Assembly: GCA_963677495.2 (NCBI GenBank)
Contig: CAXXOU010000001.1
Span: forward strand, 672,001-736,000
From: Candidatus Cloacimonadales bacterium
GTDB taxonomy: Bacteria; Cloacimonadota; Cloacimonadia; Cloacimonadales; JAFGVF01
DNA length: 64,000 nt
Direction of reading: 5' to 3'
The position numbers and the translations under genes are program-made. Positions within the stretch are counted from its first letter, which is position 1, and each line of letters begins with the position of its first letter. The notes beneath the pieces are model-generated. The model was not told the origin of the DNA. It worked only from the letters and a program-made list of their open reading frames with translations, and did no database searches. Positions 1-11,155 of this stretch are shown here, in pieces.

Positions 1-2
1 TG

Positions 3-2558
3 GCTTATTCCGGTGATGGAGTCATGTATGGAGGTTATTACTGGGCAACAAATATTGATGAGTCGGATACTCTTTCATATCATCCTGAATATAGTTGGAT
101 AAACTTGGGGATTAATGCAAACTCACCTACTTTTTCTAACTCAGATACTGACGATGGATATGCACTTGTCCCACTTGGTTTTACCTTCAGCTACTTTGGT
201 AATGATTACAACTCGATCTACTTATGCACGAATGGGTATTGCGTATTCACTAACCCTGTATCTGCAAGCTATCTTGCCGGTAATATGAGCATTCCTAACA
301 CCAATGCACCTAACAATGCTATTGCACTTTGTGCGATGGATTTACAGACCGACTTTATTCCATCTACATGTCTTTATGGAAACGATTTAGAAGGAAATTT
401 TGTCTTCTCTGTAACAGCTTGGAACGATTACAATGATGACGAGGAGATGTGGGATGTTCAACTTATTCTTTATCAAACAGGTAGAATCAAGATTCAGTAC
501 AACAATATCCCTTCATATGTTGGTGTTGGTCCAACAACAATGATTGGTGATTGCTGCATTGGCATTGAGAATTCTAATGGTTCCGATGGGCATCAGTATC
601 GAAACAATGGGGTTGGAGGAGATGTTGAAAGTGGAATGGCTTTATGTTATGCCCAATCTCCTGAGTTGTTATCAGAATCAGGAGAGCTTCTCATATATCA
701 GAATGAGCTAGATTTTGGATATTGTGAGATGAGTACAGACGCCGATACACTTCTACTCGAAATAAGAAATCCATCGTTAGGAGTGATATCTATCTTGGAA
801 GCACCAAGCCTTAGTGGAGATATTTCTGCTTTTACGGTTGTTGATGATTATATTTACCCGCAGAGTATTAGTCCCGGTGGTCAATTAGTTTATCCGATAA
901 TAGCCAATAGAGATTCTACGGGTTTAAGAACTGCTGATTTCTCCTTTACTAATGGAGTTGATATATATCAGACATTGATATTAGCATACAATTATTATGC
1001 TGATAACAATGACATTTCAGAAGAAGCAACAGAATTAGGTGCTTTAACATTTGGAACAGATATATTTGCCGAGATAGCTCCTGAGAATGATGTTGATTGG
1101 TATCTCTTTTGGCTAACTCCATACGGTGATTTATCAATACACACAGAGACTCCCCCTAACTCAGCTTTAGATTTGAAAGCTAAACTATATGGTCCTTTTA
1201 ATGATATAAATCAGCAGGTGGATAATACTTCATTAATAGATTCAGATAACGATGGTTGGATTGATCAGTACAATCCGCTCATAACTGTCAATAATCTGCA
1301 GAACAGTGGATTTTATTACTTGAAGATTGAAGAGGAGACTGTATTCGAAGGTTATGAGAAAGATTATACATTGATTATTGAATATACAGGTGATCCCTAT
1401 TACTTTGTTCCTAATCCTCCCTATAACCTTGAAGTTGAGCTAGTAAGTTCCGGCATTCAACTTACCTGGGAGTGGGGAGATGGATTCAATACCGGCTTCT
1501 TTGCAGGCTTCAACGTGTATAGAGATGATCAGATGATTAGTCAAACTCTAATACAGGATTCATTGTTTGTTGACACGAATTATGAGATGACCTCCGGTAC
1601 AGTTTATGAATACAAAGTAACTGCTAACAATATCTGGGAAAATTCTGAATCAGCTCCTTGTGACTCTGTCCTATTCACGATTCCTGTAGCGGGATTCTTT
1701 GATGATTTTGAGTCTTTCCCGGATTTCAGTTCAAATCTAAATCCATGGATAACCTATGATCTAGATGGCAGCCAGACTCAGATGTTCACGAACTGGATAG
1801 ACTATCCTTATGAAGGTGAAGCAATCTCTTTTATAAGCTTCAATCCTTCTGCAACAACTCCTCCATTGGAAGGTTACAATGCTTATAGTGGAGATAAGTT
1901 TGCAGCTAGCATTTGTAGTGCAATCGGTCAAAACGAAAACTGGCTAATAACACCAAGGATTCAATTGTCAAATGAACCTGCGTCTGTAAGCTTCATGGCA
2001 CGCTCATTTACAGCTCAATTCGGGATGGAGCAGTTGCAGGTGGGAATATCTGATGGATCGTTAGAAATCGGTGATTTCGAGTTTCTAACAGGAAGTACAC
2101 CTGTGTTAGTTCCTGAAGAATGGGAATGCTACTCATATTCCCTAGATCAATATTCAGGTGCAGAGATAAGAATTGGCATACTTAGTAATTCTACCGGTAC
2201 TTTTATGCTGATGCTAGATGATTTTCTTGTTAGTAACCCAGGTGCTACTGTTCACGAAGAAGAACAACTGCAAGTACAAAATACAACAAACCTATATACT
2301 AACTACCCTAATCCTTTTAATCCAACAACTAATATCTCATTCTCAGTTTCATCAAAGTCGATGGTCCAGATTGCCATATATAATGTGAAGGGACAAAGGA
2401 TAAAGACTCTGTGCTCAGAGATATTAGATAAAGGAGAACATGATATCATCTGGGATGGAAAAGATGAAAACAACAACCCGGTAACTTCAGGTATATACTT
2501 TTGTAAGATGAAGAATGGAAGCATAGTTCTGACGAATAAGATGGTCTTGATGAAATAG
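3..2558 (+). CDS. Secreted protein (5' end outside window): FN3, cleaved-adhesin/choice-of-anchor-J-like domain, T9SS/FlgD-Ig-type C-terminal domain
   Basis: Frame open from base 3, no signal peptide at ORF Met24; DDFES...WLITP adhesin motifs; NYPNPFNP...WDG..SGIYF..KMVLMK tail. Confidence 0.8.
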   Translation, partial: AYSGDGVMYGGYYWATNIDESDTLSYHPEYSWINLGINANSPTFSNSDTDDGYALVPLGFTFSYFGNDYNSIYLCTNGYCVFTNPVSASYLAGNMSIPNTNAPNNAIALCAMDLQTDFIPSTCLYGNDLEGNFVFSVTAWNDYNDDEEMWDVQLILYQTGRIKIQYNNIPSYVGVGPTTMIGDCCIGIENSNGSDGHQYRNNGVGGDVESGMALCYAQSPELLSESGELLIYQNELDFGYCEMSTDADTLLLEIRNPSLGVISILEAPSLSGDISAFTVVDDYIYPQSISPGGQLVYPIIANRDSTGLRTADFSFTNGVDIYQTLILAYNYYADNNDISEEATELGALTFGTDIFAEIAPENDVDWYLFWLTPYGDLSIHTETPPNSALDLKAKLYGPFNDINQQVDNTSLIDSDNDGWIDQYNPLITVNNLQNSGFYYLKIEEETVFEGYEKDYTLIIEYTGDPYYFVPNPPYNLEVELVSSGIQLTWEWGDGFNTGFFAGFNVYRDDQMISQTLIQDSLFVDTNYEMTSGTVYEYKVTANNIWENSESAPCDSVLFTIPVAGFFDDFESFPDFSSNLNPWITYDLDGSQTQMFTNWIDYPYEGEAISFISFNPSATTPPLEGYNAYSGDKFAASICSAIGQNENWLITPRIQLSNEPASVSFMARSFTAQFGMEQLQVGISDGSLEIGDFEFLTGSTPVLVPEEWECYSYSLDQYSGAEIRIGILSNSTGTFMLMLDDFLVSNPGATVHEEEQLQVQNTTNLYTNYPNPFNPTTNISFSVSSKSMVQIAIYNVKGQRIKTLCSEILDKGEHDIIWDGKDENNNPVTSGIYFCKMKNGSIVLTNKMVLMK

Positions 2559-2658
2559 ATGATAACCTTTACATCGTAGTCGAACTGAGTCTGAAAAGAG
2601 TATAGAACTCGATGCAAAAGGAAAAATTATCAAAGTTATTCTAATACTGTGATTTTAC

Positions 2659-2691
2659 AAAAAAAGAGACTGCTTAGATTGCAGTCTCTTT
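2659..2691 (-). terminator. Rho-independent terminator of efp operon (possibly bidirectional)
   Basis: AAAGAGACTGC/GCAGTCTCTTT stem with A-tract, between convergent genes. Confidence 0.8.
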
Positions 2692-2713
2692 AATATCTAA
2701 AACCGGATAAAGT

Positions 2714-2920
2714 TTAGTATTTACCAGCCATAATATCTTTTTCGTTGCATTTACATACTTTTTCGAAACGATATTTTGGAGCCCAAGTACTAGCCTTTGA
2801 TTTGTTCGCTGTGATAAGTTTGATTCTTTTGATCTCAGTGTTACAAACAGGGCAGAAAACTTTACCTTCTGTACTCAATTCATGAGCAAGCTTAGCAGCA
2901 AAAGCTTTACCTTTAGCCAT
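2714..2920 (-). CDS. Small basic Cys4 protein, possible bL38/DUF4295-like ribosomal protein
   Basis: 68 aa, Lys-rich, MAK start, CPVC and CKC, strong AGGAGG RBS, directly after efp. Confidence 0.5.
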   Translation of the reverse strand: MAKGKAFAAKLAHELSTEGKVFCPVCNTEIKRIKLITANKSKASTWAPKYRFEKVCKCNEKDIMAGKY

Positions 2921-2939
2921 TTTATCCTCCTAGGTTCTT

Positions 2940-3500
2940 TTATGCACGTTCCATGTACTCGCCTGTGCGAGTATCGATTTTAATCTTAGTTCCGGCTTCT
3001 ACGAAGAAAGGAACTATGACACGCAGACCAGTTTCTGTGTAAGCAACTTTTCCGCTACCGGAAGCTGTGTTACCTTTCACATTTGGTTCTGCTTCAGTAA
3101 GCTCCTGAATAACTGAGATAGGTAATTCAATACCGATAATCTCAGATGTAGGAGTCATTCTGATTTTTACTTCCATACCTTCCATAAGGAACTTATCAAG
3201 GTCACCTATAGCATCATTAGTGATATTGATTTGTTCATATGTTTCAGTGTCCATGAAGTAAAAGAAATCTGAATCTTTATATAAATATTGCTTTATAGAC
3301 TTTTCGATACGGACATCTTTAAGCTTTTCACTGGTTCTAAAAGTGTTTTCAATTACCTGACCTGTCTTGCAGTTTTTAAGCTTGGTTCTAACAAATGCAG
3401 CACCTTTACCAGGTTTCACATGTAAGAACTCAACTATTTCAAAAAGTCCGTTGTTATATTCAATTATCATTCCGTTTCTGATATCGGAAGTGTTAGCCAT
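2940..3500 (-). CDS. efp: Elongation factor P
   Basis: HVKPGKGAAFVRTKLKN and KIDTRTGEYMERA motifs. Confidence 0.97.
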   Translation of the reverse strand: MANTSDIRNGMIIEYNNGLFEIVEFLHVKPGKGAAFVRTKLKNCKTGQVIENTFRTSEKLKDVRIEKSIKQYLYKDSDFFYFMDTETYEQINITNDAIGDLDKFLMEGMEVKIRMTPTSEIIGIELPISVIQELTEAEPNVKGNTASGSGKVAYTETGLRVIVPFFVEAGTKIKIDTRTGEYMERA

Positions 3501-3666
3501 AATATCCTCTTATGTCTATTTAATTTATCAAAGTTATTACTATTTATTACAGTTCAATCTGTAAAAACTCTTTAGAATAGCAAAAATTCCCAGTTACTGA
3601 ATTATGGCAAGAAGTTTTTTGTCTGTAAGAAGTTAGAGCTATTAATATGTCCAAGCTATAGAATAG

Positions 3667-3695
3667 AAAAGCCCACTACCAATTGATAGTGGGCT
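3667..3695 (-). terminator. Rho-independent terminator
   Basis: AGCCCACTA/TAGTGGGCT stem plus A-tract downstream of 3722..5428. Confidence 0.7.
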
Positions 3696-3721
3696 CAATG
3701 TATTATCTAAACTCAGATGAG

Positions 3722-5428
3722 TTAGTATTTACGCATTGTATCCATAGAACCGAAGAGGTTGAATGGAAGCTCTGCAAGAGCATATGAGAAACCAAGACTG
3801 ATGTTTAAACCACCGAGGCTGATATCATTGTCACCCATTGGGATATCCCATGTGTAACCAGAACCTGAGAGTTCAGCTTTTAAAGGTTCTAAGGTATATT
3901 TGTAACCAAGTTGAAGGTCAACTAAGATGTCAGCAGATAGCATCCACTCAGCACCACCAAAAGCTTTGATACCGATAGTGTGGATATCAAGTATAACGTC
4001 ATTACCAAAGTCTAAACTAAGCATGTCATAGCTACCTTGAGCACCAAAGTTAACACCGAATCTTCCCATCCACCATTTCTTAGTAGCACCAAGATAAGCA
4101 CCGGAAATAGATGTTGTGAAGTCTCCTTCATCCCAACCTTCTTCTTCATCAACTTCAGCATCAGGCATACCGTAGTAGGCACCAAGTTCAAAGAAAAGCT
4201 GGCGTGAGTTGAATACTGATGCTACATTGTTCATAAGCTTTATATCAAAGATTGTTGCTGATTCAATATCGTCTTTGAAATATGTTCGTTCACCAATACC
4301 ATCTCCATAATTGATAGTTTTTCCAATTTCCATACCTGCAAGAACACCTGCTGTGAGCTGAAAATCGATACCAAGTCTTGGATGCTCCATAAGAACCATA
4401 CCGATGTCGCCTTTACCATAATGTTTGTAGAATAATGAGTTTTGGCTAGCATCTTTTTCGTTATGAGCTGTTTTCCAAACACGTGTGAAACCTTTCTTCA
4501 CGAGTTTAGTTTTGCCATCAGATGTTTCTACAGCTTCGCAAACATGGTAACCATCATCAAGGTGAACACCTTCTTTGTGACCGATATCACCGGCAAGTTT
4601 ACCTTTTTCAATTGAAACAATTTGAGCTTGAAGTTTGAAGTCGTCGATTTGCTTAGTTTTAACTCCTAAGTTCTTTGCAAAAGCGAGCATTGCATTGTAT
4701 TTAGCATTAGTTTTGTAATCAACTGACTTTTTGAAATCTCCAAATACGAAAGTAGCTTTTTTATCAGTAACAGTTTTTGTATCGTATGTTTTAGTAGTAG
4801 CGCTCTTAACCTGAACAATAGAAACTTTACCGTCAGGAGCGATATTAACTTTGTACCAAAGGATACCACCATTAATTGTATATTTGTAATACTTTTTCTT
4901 CTTATCTTTATCATCTTCAGTAACTTCTTCAGTAATGTCAGACACAAAAGGAAGATAGATATAAGCTGAGTTCATGAAAGCAGCAAGCTCATCACCTGAT
5001 AAACCTAAGCTTTTACCTTTAGTAGTAGCAAAACTCATCATAGACATTTCATCTTTGAATCCGCCATCAGCTCTTTTCTTTTGAAGCTCAGGATCGTTGA
5101 GAATCTGAGCAATCTTAACAGCAACTGTTCTTTCCATAACGCCACCAAGAGCAGAAGGAGAAACAGCAGTAATTTTGTTAGCTTCTGTAACGAAATCAGC
5201 TTTTACGCCATCAGGAAGAGTATTGAAATCGAAACGAGGAATCTCAACGTAGAATTTGAACATTCTGTCAAAGAAAGCTCTCTCGCTATCGTTCATGTAA
5301 CCACTACCTGCTTTCATCCAGATAGATTCCACTGAGCTTACAGATTTGCGTACGTATTGACCCTGTTGAGCTACGAGTGAAAATGCAACTAAAACTAGTA
5401 AAGAAATAACTAGTATTTTTTTCATCAT
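3722..5428 (-). CDS. Exported hypothetical protein, probable C-terminal outer-membrane beta-barrel
   Basis: Signal peptide; alternating aromatic/Gly beta-strands in last ~220 aa. Confidence 0.55.
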   Translation of the reverse strand: MMKKILVISLLVLVAFSLVAQQGQYVRKSVSSVESIWMKAGSGYMNDSERAFFDRMFKFYVEIPRFDFNTLPDGVKADFVTEANKITAVSPSALGGVMERTVAVKIAQILNDPELQKKRADGGFKDEMSMMSFATTKGKSLGLSGDELAAFMNSAYIYLPFVSDITEEVTEDDKDKKKKYYKYTINGGILWYKVNIAPDGKVSIVQVKSATTKTYDTKTVTDKKATFVFGDFKKSVDYKTNAKYNAMLAFAKNLGVKTKQIDDFKLQAQIVSIEKGKLAGDIGHKEGVHLDDGYHVCEAVETSDGKTKLVKKGFTRVWKTAHNEKDASQNSLFYKHYGKGDIGMVLMEHPRLGIDFQLTAGVLAGMEIGKTINYGDGIGERTYFKDDIESATIFDIKLMNNVASVFNSRQLFFELGAYYGMPDAEVDEEEGWDEGDFTTSISGAYLGATKKWWMGRFGVNFGAQGSYDMLSLDFGNDVILDIHTIGIKAFGGAEWMLSADILVDLQLGYKYTLEPLKAELSGSGYTWDIPMGDNDISLGGLNISLGFSYALAELPFNLFGSMDTMRKY

Positions 5429-5588
5429 TAACCTCCAAGTAAATTTTGATAAGCAAATTGTTCGTCTTTACCAATGTCAAGTGTTAATTAAGTATAACCT
5501 GTAACTGAACCCTGTTCTTTTAGCCTATCTTGCATATAACAGGGATGTTAAGTAACAAGACAGACAAAGTAAAAAAAATTGCGAAATC

Positions 5589-5617
5589 AAAAAAAGACTC
5601 AGTAACTCTGAGTCTTT
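5589..5617 (-). terminator. Rho-independent terminator after greA
   Basis: AAAGACTCAG/CTGAGTCTTT stem plus A-tract. Confidence 0.8.
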
Positions 5618-5637
5618 AACATTTTCAAAAACTGAAA

Positions 5638-6114
5638 TTAATAGATATCTAAGATTAGTAAATCTCTATGGCCTCTAGGAGCTTTAACAGTTGTCCTTTG
5701 CTCTTTAGATTTACCAATCAGTGCGAGTCCGATTGGGGAAGCAACTGATATTTTATTAACTCCCTCTTCAAGAAAATTAACCTCGTCTACTCCAACTAAA
5801 CGATAAAGTATCTCTTCATCAGTTTCAATTTCTTTAACCTTAACAAAAGCACCGAAACGCACTTTATCTTTTGGAATAGAAGTTGTGTCTAAAACTGTAA
5901 GAATCGCTGAACGTCTTTTTAGGTAATCAAGCTCATTATCAACCATTCTTTGTTCCTCTTTTGCAGCTTTGTATTCTGCGTTTTCACTAAGGTCACCTTG
6001 CTCTCTGGCAACTTGAATTCTCTTGATTATTTCAGGACGGACTTTGTTCAAGTCCTGAATTCTTTTTTGCAAAGCAACCATTCCTGCTTTAGTAATGAAA
6101 TCATTATTTGCCAT
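5638..6114 (-). CDS. greA: Transcription elongation factor GreA
   Basis: AREQGDLSENAEYKAAKE and ISVASPIGLALIGK. Confidence 0.95.
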   Translation of the reverse strand: MANNDFITKAGMVALQKRIQDLNKVRPEIIKRIQVAREQGDLSENAEYKAAKEEQRMVDNELDYLKRRSAILTVLDTTSIPKDKVRFGAFVKVKEIETDEEILYRLVGVDEVNFLEEGVNKISVASPIGLALIGKSKEQRTTVKAPRGHRDLLILDIY

Positions 6115-6121
6115 TATATAC

Positions 6122-6928
6122 CTACTTACTCTTTCGGATTAAATATTTATGTCCGGTAATTGCAGCTTTCTTTAGACGTGCATTACCGCTTTTTGTCCAT
6201 TGTTCTACTATTGGTAGTAACTCTTCCTGATACTTATTCAATGAGCCACACATTATCTCAACCAATGATGGGTCATGTGTGTTCTTATTCTTGATGAAAA
6301 AGGATATGTATAACTTATTATCGATACTTGAAACATTTTTCAAGAAGTAAGTAGCACTTTTGATTGTAGCCTCAGAGCCAAAGAGCCATGAATATTTAAG
6401 TTTTTCAAGAATCTCAGATAAATATGTATCTTCGCTTTTAGAGAACTTAAGAAGAAGCTTAATTAGATTAAGCTGAAGATCTGAATTATCAGTCTTAAGC
6501 CATTTGTAAATCAAGTTCAAATATGTTTGTGGATTCTTTTTCATTAGAGGTAAGATAGTCTTCTCTAAAAGAAGATGAACCATAGCTGTATCATCATCTT
6601 TGAGTTTAGCTTCAACAACCGGAAGATAGAAATCCGGGTTTCTTTTTATATACCTACTGATTAACTGGATGAAACAGACTTTACCATTAGTACCTTTTTC
6701 GTCCCAAAGGGAGTTATAAAAGTCAATATACTCAGTGTTATTTTTACCAATCTTCGTCGCCAACTCTTTAGCAACAAATACGATTACCTCTTTAGGTATT
6801 GCATTATGCACTCTAATCGGATAGACATTGTAAACAATTTCTATATCGTAGTTTTTATTTAGTAGTTTTGTTTCATAAAATTCATCTACGTCATGAGTTA
6901 ATCGTTCTTTCCAATCTAACGATATCAT
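6122..6928 (-). CDS. Helical-repeat protein, possibly AlkD-like DNA alkylation repair family
   Basis: 268 aa all-helical pattern; family call tentative. Confidence 0.4.
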   Translation of the reverse strand: MISLDWKERLTHDVDEFYETKLLNKNYDIEIVYNVYPIRVHNAIPKEVIVFVAKELATKIGKNNTEYIDFYNSLWDEKGTNGKVCFIQLISRYIKRNPDFYLPVVEAKLKDDDTAMVHLLLEKTILPLMKKNPQTYLNLIYKWLKTDNSDLQLNLIKLLLKFSKSEDTYLSEILEKLKYSWLFGSEATIKSATYFLKNVSSIDNKLYISFFIKNKNTHDPSLVEIMCGSLNKYQEELLPIVEQWTKSGNARLKKAAITGHKYLIRKSK

Positions 6929-6945
6929 ACTCTCCTCACTTTCTT

Positions 6946-9900
6946 CTAATTAATTACACCAATTTTGCCTTTTTTATGATAGTCACCCATTCTTATAATA
7001 TAGAAATAGATTCCAGAAGATACTCGTTTACCTTTATGGTTTTTTAAATCCCAGTTGAAACGAGTTTGATCCTTAAGTTCTTTCTCAAAAATTAGATCTC
7101 CGGCAGTATCATAAATATAGATATTTCCTTTTTTATTATCCGGTAAGGCAATGAAGTTAACAACCGGATTTCCATCAGAAGTTTCTAAATAAACCGGATT
7201 AGGATATACTTTGATATCTTCAGCTTCTAAAATAAAACTAGCTAAGTTTCTAGAATTCAAGATATAATTTCCTGCAAGATCCCGCATATTAGTCAACTTA
7301 ATGAAATATGCTTCCATTGAATAAACTAGTTTTTTCTCAAGAGTTATTTCGGCAACCTTTTCTTGATTATTTGTTATATATTGAATCGAAGCGATCTTGT
7401 TATCCACATCATTTACAGGAGGTGTGAACTGATAGTTATGAATGTCTAGAATATCAGTCTCCTGCAATTCTTCATTAAAACTTATCCGAACTACTTTATC
7501 CGATACAATTTCTACAGATTCAACAAATGGTTGCTCCATATCTTCAATATAACTAAAAGGCAATACCATGTTTATTGGAACACCCATTGCACTTTTCAAG
7601 TTGGAAATAGTCAAAGTATAATCATTATTTGCTTCAAAATATTTACTGAACCTTAGTAGTAAACGTTTTCTATCATTTAGAATATTTACAGAATGCGGTC
7701 TGCCAATATTGTTATCAACCATGTAAAAACCAATATTATAAGCATCACTAGATAGCTTTTTATCAAATGTCAGCATTACTTGATTTAATCCAGTCATTTT
7801 AATCTCTTCAATCACTGGTTCTAAGTCAGGTATTATAGATTTATGAGCTGTAGAATGAGATTCGGTGGGAGATTGGCTGTTATCTATAGCAGTAACATAA
7901 TAAGTATATTCATCACCGTAAACCAAACCGGAATCAGTATATTCATTATCAGTAACCGGAATTGTCCATTCACCATCAGGACCAACTCTATAGACGTTAT
8001 ATGAGTCTGCACCGAAAACTTGTTTCCAGGATAACTTAGCAGTATCACCGGCAATAAGCGACGCCCTAAAGTTCTGTGGTACCGGAATATTCTCCACATA
8101 CTGATCATCTCTTGTATACAAAACAGAAACAATGTTTTCATCAGAATCTGTATCGTTTACCAGTAAACTGACACTTTCATCACTAATAATAGGAACAATT
8201 CTGTATGTCCAAGAGCATTCTCCATGCCAGATTGGTGTCAATTCATCGTTTAAATAGTCTACAATATATAGATCAGGAGAAAATCCAAGTATTAGCTCCA
8301 CATTTCCATCACCATCAACATCGGCTACCTTAATTGAGTTTTTGCTCTGTTTCCTGTCGAACATAACTCTACTAACAGGTTCATATTGGTTATCTCCAAT
8401 AGAATCAAACATCTCAACATACCAGAAATTGTTGTTCGAATTGTATGGGTCATCATTATAACCTGCAACAACAAACTCTTGAGTACCGTCACCGGTAAAG
8501 TCTCCTGTCTCCATGTAATATGTATTAGCAACCGCAAATTTGAATGACCAGGCTGGAGTAATTGAAGTCTCAGATTCTGTATACTCATAAATCATTATGT
8601 CACCTTCAGTATCTGCAGTTAAAATGTCTACTCTATTGTCGAAATCCAATCTACCAACTGCTATATTTGGTACAAAAGAGTTTCTCTGGTCAGTCTGTGA
8701 ATTGTTTCTTAACCTTTGCACTGTCTCATAAGTATCATTTTCATATTTCTTGATATCCCAGATTCTTTCAGATGAGTCATTCTTAAGAATAAAGAGCTCA
8801 TCTATTCCATCAAGATCAATATCTTTGAAATAGCCACCAGCAGAACCGGATTCAGTCCAACTTGGAGAATTCAATGGATAGGTAGCACTGCCAAAAGTTT
8901 CATGAAGATACATTGTATCTAAATTTAAGCCAATAACTTCAATACCTGATTCATTCGCATTACCTAGGTCATAAGGCCAGAATTGAGTATTGAAACTATG
9001 TTGAATGGTCAGGGAGTCTCCGATTTCATAAATATTTACATCATTATAACTATTCTCAATTAAGTGCATTCCGACAACTTCAGGTAGACCATTCCCATTA
9101 TAATCTATAGCTTTAGGAATGGCAACAATACCTTCGCCAATCTCTTTTCTATTCCATCCATTGATTGATGCAGAATTATAGTTAACCAAAGACATATATT
9201 GGTTTGTCGAAGATATACCACAACTATTAGTAGCAGTAATTTCAAATAAATACAGACTTTCAGGCATATCATTTGGAAGCTTAACTGTCTGTAGTTCATC
9301 CGGGTAAGTAGACATTGCACTATAGGTTATGTCAGTATTACTATCTCTACAAACAACGTTTAACACAACTTTTTCACTATATAGTGCTTGAAGGAAATAA
9401 TTCATATTTTCAGCATCATATCTTGGGTATAAGAAAACACTCTCAGGGTTAAGAATAGGAGCAGTTCTATCTAACCTAAAACTCCGAATAATATCATATG
9501 AATTGTAATCTCTATTAGTAACTCGCAATCTTAACCTATAATCATTATCCGGTAGTTCTTCGAGAAATTCAAATACTGCAAGAGTATCATTAAAAACTTC
9601 TTCAGTAAACTCAGTTGGAGTATTATTATGTGTTATTATATCTTTCCAATCTAGCTGAGTAGGAACATCTTCAATACTATACATTAAAGTATAATAGAGG
9701 AAGTTTTCAGTTGCAACGGTTCCTATTATTGGGAAATCACTTGAGTAACCGGCAAAGTCATTTGGTGAAAATAACTTCAGATCTGGTGTCGCTTCATCAG
9801 TTAGCAACTTCAAGGCATTAACTCTTCCATATCCGAAGGTATCATCTTTTCCTGAATCTCCTAAGTCATCACATGAGCTTAGGAGTTTAGACCTTACCTC

Positions 9901-11142
9901 TTCATAGCTCATAGACGCATTTCTTGATAGTAAAAGACTTATGCAACCAGCTACGTGAGGGGCTGCCATTGAAGTACCTGATTGATTGTCATAAGTAAAT
10001 CTTGTCCCATCACTATAAGTACTAAGTATGATTTCACCTGGAGCAACAAGATCTAAATCAGGGCCATATGTTGAGAAACTCGATAGATCATTATCTCTTC
10101 CAATTGAGCCAACAGAGATAACATTAGATAATCGAGCAGGATAACTTAGTACAGGACCTGGTGTATTACCAGCAGATGCAACAACTATTGAGCCAAGCTC
10201 ATATGCGTACTCGCATGCATCAGCAATAATTGGTGAATACTCTGCATCACCCCAGCTTAGATTTATTACATGAGCACCAGAGTTTACTGCATAAATAATC
10301 GCTGCAGCGGCATCATCATCTTGGAGGTAACCAGTACCTTCAAGTGTTCTAAAACCTGCTCTTATTGGTAATATTTTTGAATTCCAATTTATTCCGGCAA
10401 CACCTTCTCTATTATTTGTATTAGCACAAATAATACCACTAACATGAGTCCCATGGAAGTTCTCATCTGTAGGATCGTTATCTTGCTCAAAATAATCACC
10501 TAGAGCAATCTCTTCAAGCTCAGGTGCATCTGAAAAATCCCATCCGCAAATGTCATCGACAAATCCGTTTCCATCATCATCAATTCCATTAATATCATCA
10601 GGGTCATATTCACCTGTTATAGGATCCATTACAAAGCCATCACCATCCGCATCTTCCCCATAATTCAGTCTAGACCTACCTTGTAAGTCAGGGTGATCAC
10701 GTAAAATACCTGAGTCTATAACAGCAACAGTTATATTTTCATTTCCTCGTTCAATATCCCATGCATCTTGTAAGCCAATTGTTGTAAGTTCCTGACTATA
10801 AAAATGACTGTCATTAGGAGTAACATAGAACTGATTCAAATTGTTTACTTGAATATAATCAATACCATCAAATCTAAGATTCTCAATTTCAGCTCTTGAT
10901 ATTTCACTATTTAGGTAAACAACATAATAATTCATATTCGGAATTGTTACTTTCCGGATTTCTTTCACACTCTTAGAACTAAGAAATTGATCAAGCTCAT
11001 GCACACCTGTTGATTTACCTCTTACTCTAAGAGGGGCATCACTTTTAATAATAATCTCACGAGGAGAAAATTCCCCTGCGTAGAGAGAGCTTATAATTCC
11101 AAGTAAGATAACAAGGAATAGAATCTTTGCCGTTTTTTTCAT
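6946..11142 (-). CDS. Secreted S8 subtilase with FG-GAP, FN3, Ig-like domains and T9SS-like CTD
   Basis: VAVIDSG, HGTHVSG, SGTSMAAPHVAG triad; D-x-D-G-D repeats; VYPNP...SSGIYFY tail. Confidence 0.92.
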   Translation of the reverse strand: MKKTAKILFLVILLGIISSLYAGEFSPREIIIKSDAPLRVRGKSTGVHELDQFLSSKSVKEIRKVTIPNMNYYVVYLNSEISRAEIENLRFDGIDYIQVNNLNQFYVTPNDSHFYSQELTTIGLQDAWDIERGNENITVAVIDSGILRDHPDLQGRSRLNYGEDADGDGFVMDPITGEYDPDDINGIDDDGNGFVDDICGWDFSDAPELEEIALGDYFEQDNDPTDENFHGTHVSGIICANTNNREGVAGINWNSKILPIRAGFRTLEGTGYLQDDDAAAAIIYAVNSGAHVINLSWGDAEYSPIIADACEYAYELGSIVVASAGNTPGPVLSYPARLSNVISVGSIGRDNDLSSFSTYGPDLDLVAPGEIILSTYSDGTRFTYDNQSGTSMAAPHVAGCISLLLSRNASMSYEEVRSKLLSSCDDLGDSGKDDTFGYGRVNALKLLTDEATPDLKLFSPNDFAGYSSDFPIIGTVATENFLYYTLMYSIEDVPTQLDWKDIITHNNTPTEFTEEVFNDTLAVFEFLEELPDNDYRLRLRVTNRDYNSYDIIRSFRLDRTAPILNPESVFLYPRYDAENMNYFLQALYSEKVVLNVVCRDSNTDITYSAMSTYPDELQTVKLPNDMPESLYLFEITATNSCGISSTNQYMSLVNYNSASINGWNRKEIGEGIVAIPKAIDYNGNGLPEVVGMHLIENSYNDVNIYEIGDSLTIQHSFNTQFWPYDLGNANESGIEVIGLNLDTMYLHETFGSATYPLNSPSWTESGSAGGYFKDIDLDGIDELFILKNDSSERIWDIKKYENDTYETVQRLRNNSQTDQRNSFVPNIAVGRLDFDNRVDILTADTEGDIMIYEYTESETSITPAWSFKFAVANTYYMETGDFTGDGTQEFVVAGYNDDPYNSNNNFWYVEMFDSIGDNQYEPVSRVMFDRKQSKNSIKVADVDGDGNVELILGFSPDLYIVDYLNDELTPIWHGECSWTYRIVPIISDESVSLLVNDTDSDENIVSVLYTRDDQYVENIPVPQNFRASLIAGDTAKLSWKQVFGADSYNVYRVGPDGEWTIPVTDNEYTDSGLVYGDEYTYYVTAIDNSQSPTESHSTAHKSIIPDLEPVIEEIKMTGLNQVMLTFDKKLSSDAYNIGFYMVDNNIGRPHSVNILNDRKRLLLRFSKYFEANNDYTLTISNLKSAMGVPINMVLPFSYIEDMEQPFVESVEIVSDKVVRISFNEELQETDILDIHNYQFTPPVNDVDNKIASIQYITNNQEKVAEITLEKKLVYSMEAYFIKLTNMRDLAGNYILNSRNLASFILEAEDIKVYPNPVYLETSDGNPVVNFIALPDNKKGNIYIYDTAGDLIFEKELKDQTRFNWDLKNHKGKRVSSGIYFYIIRMGDYHKKGKIGVIN

Positions 11143-11155
11143 AGCCTACCTTCGA

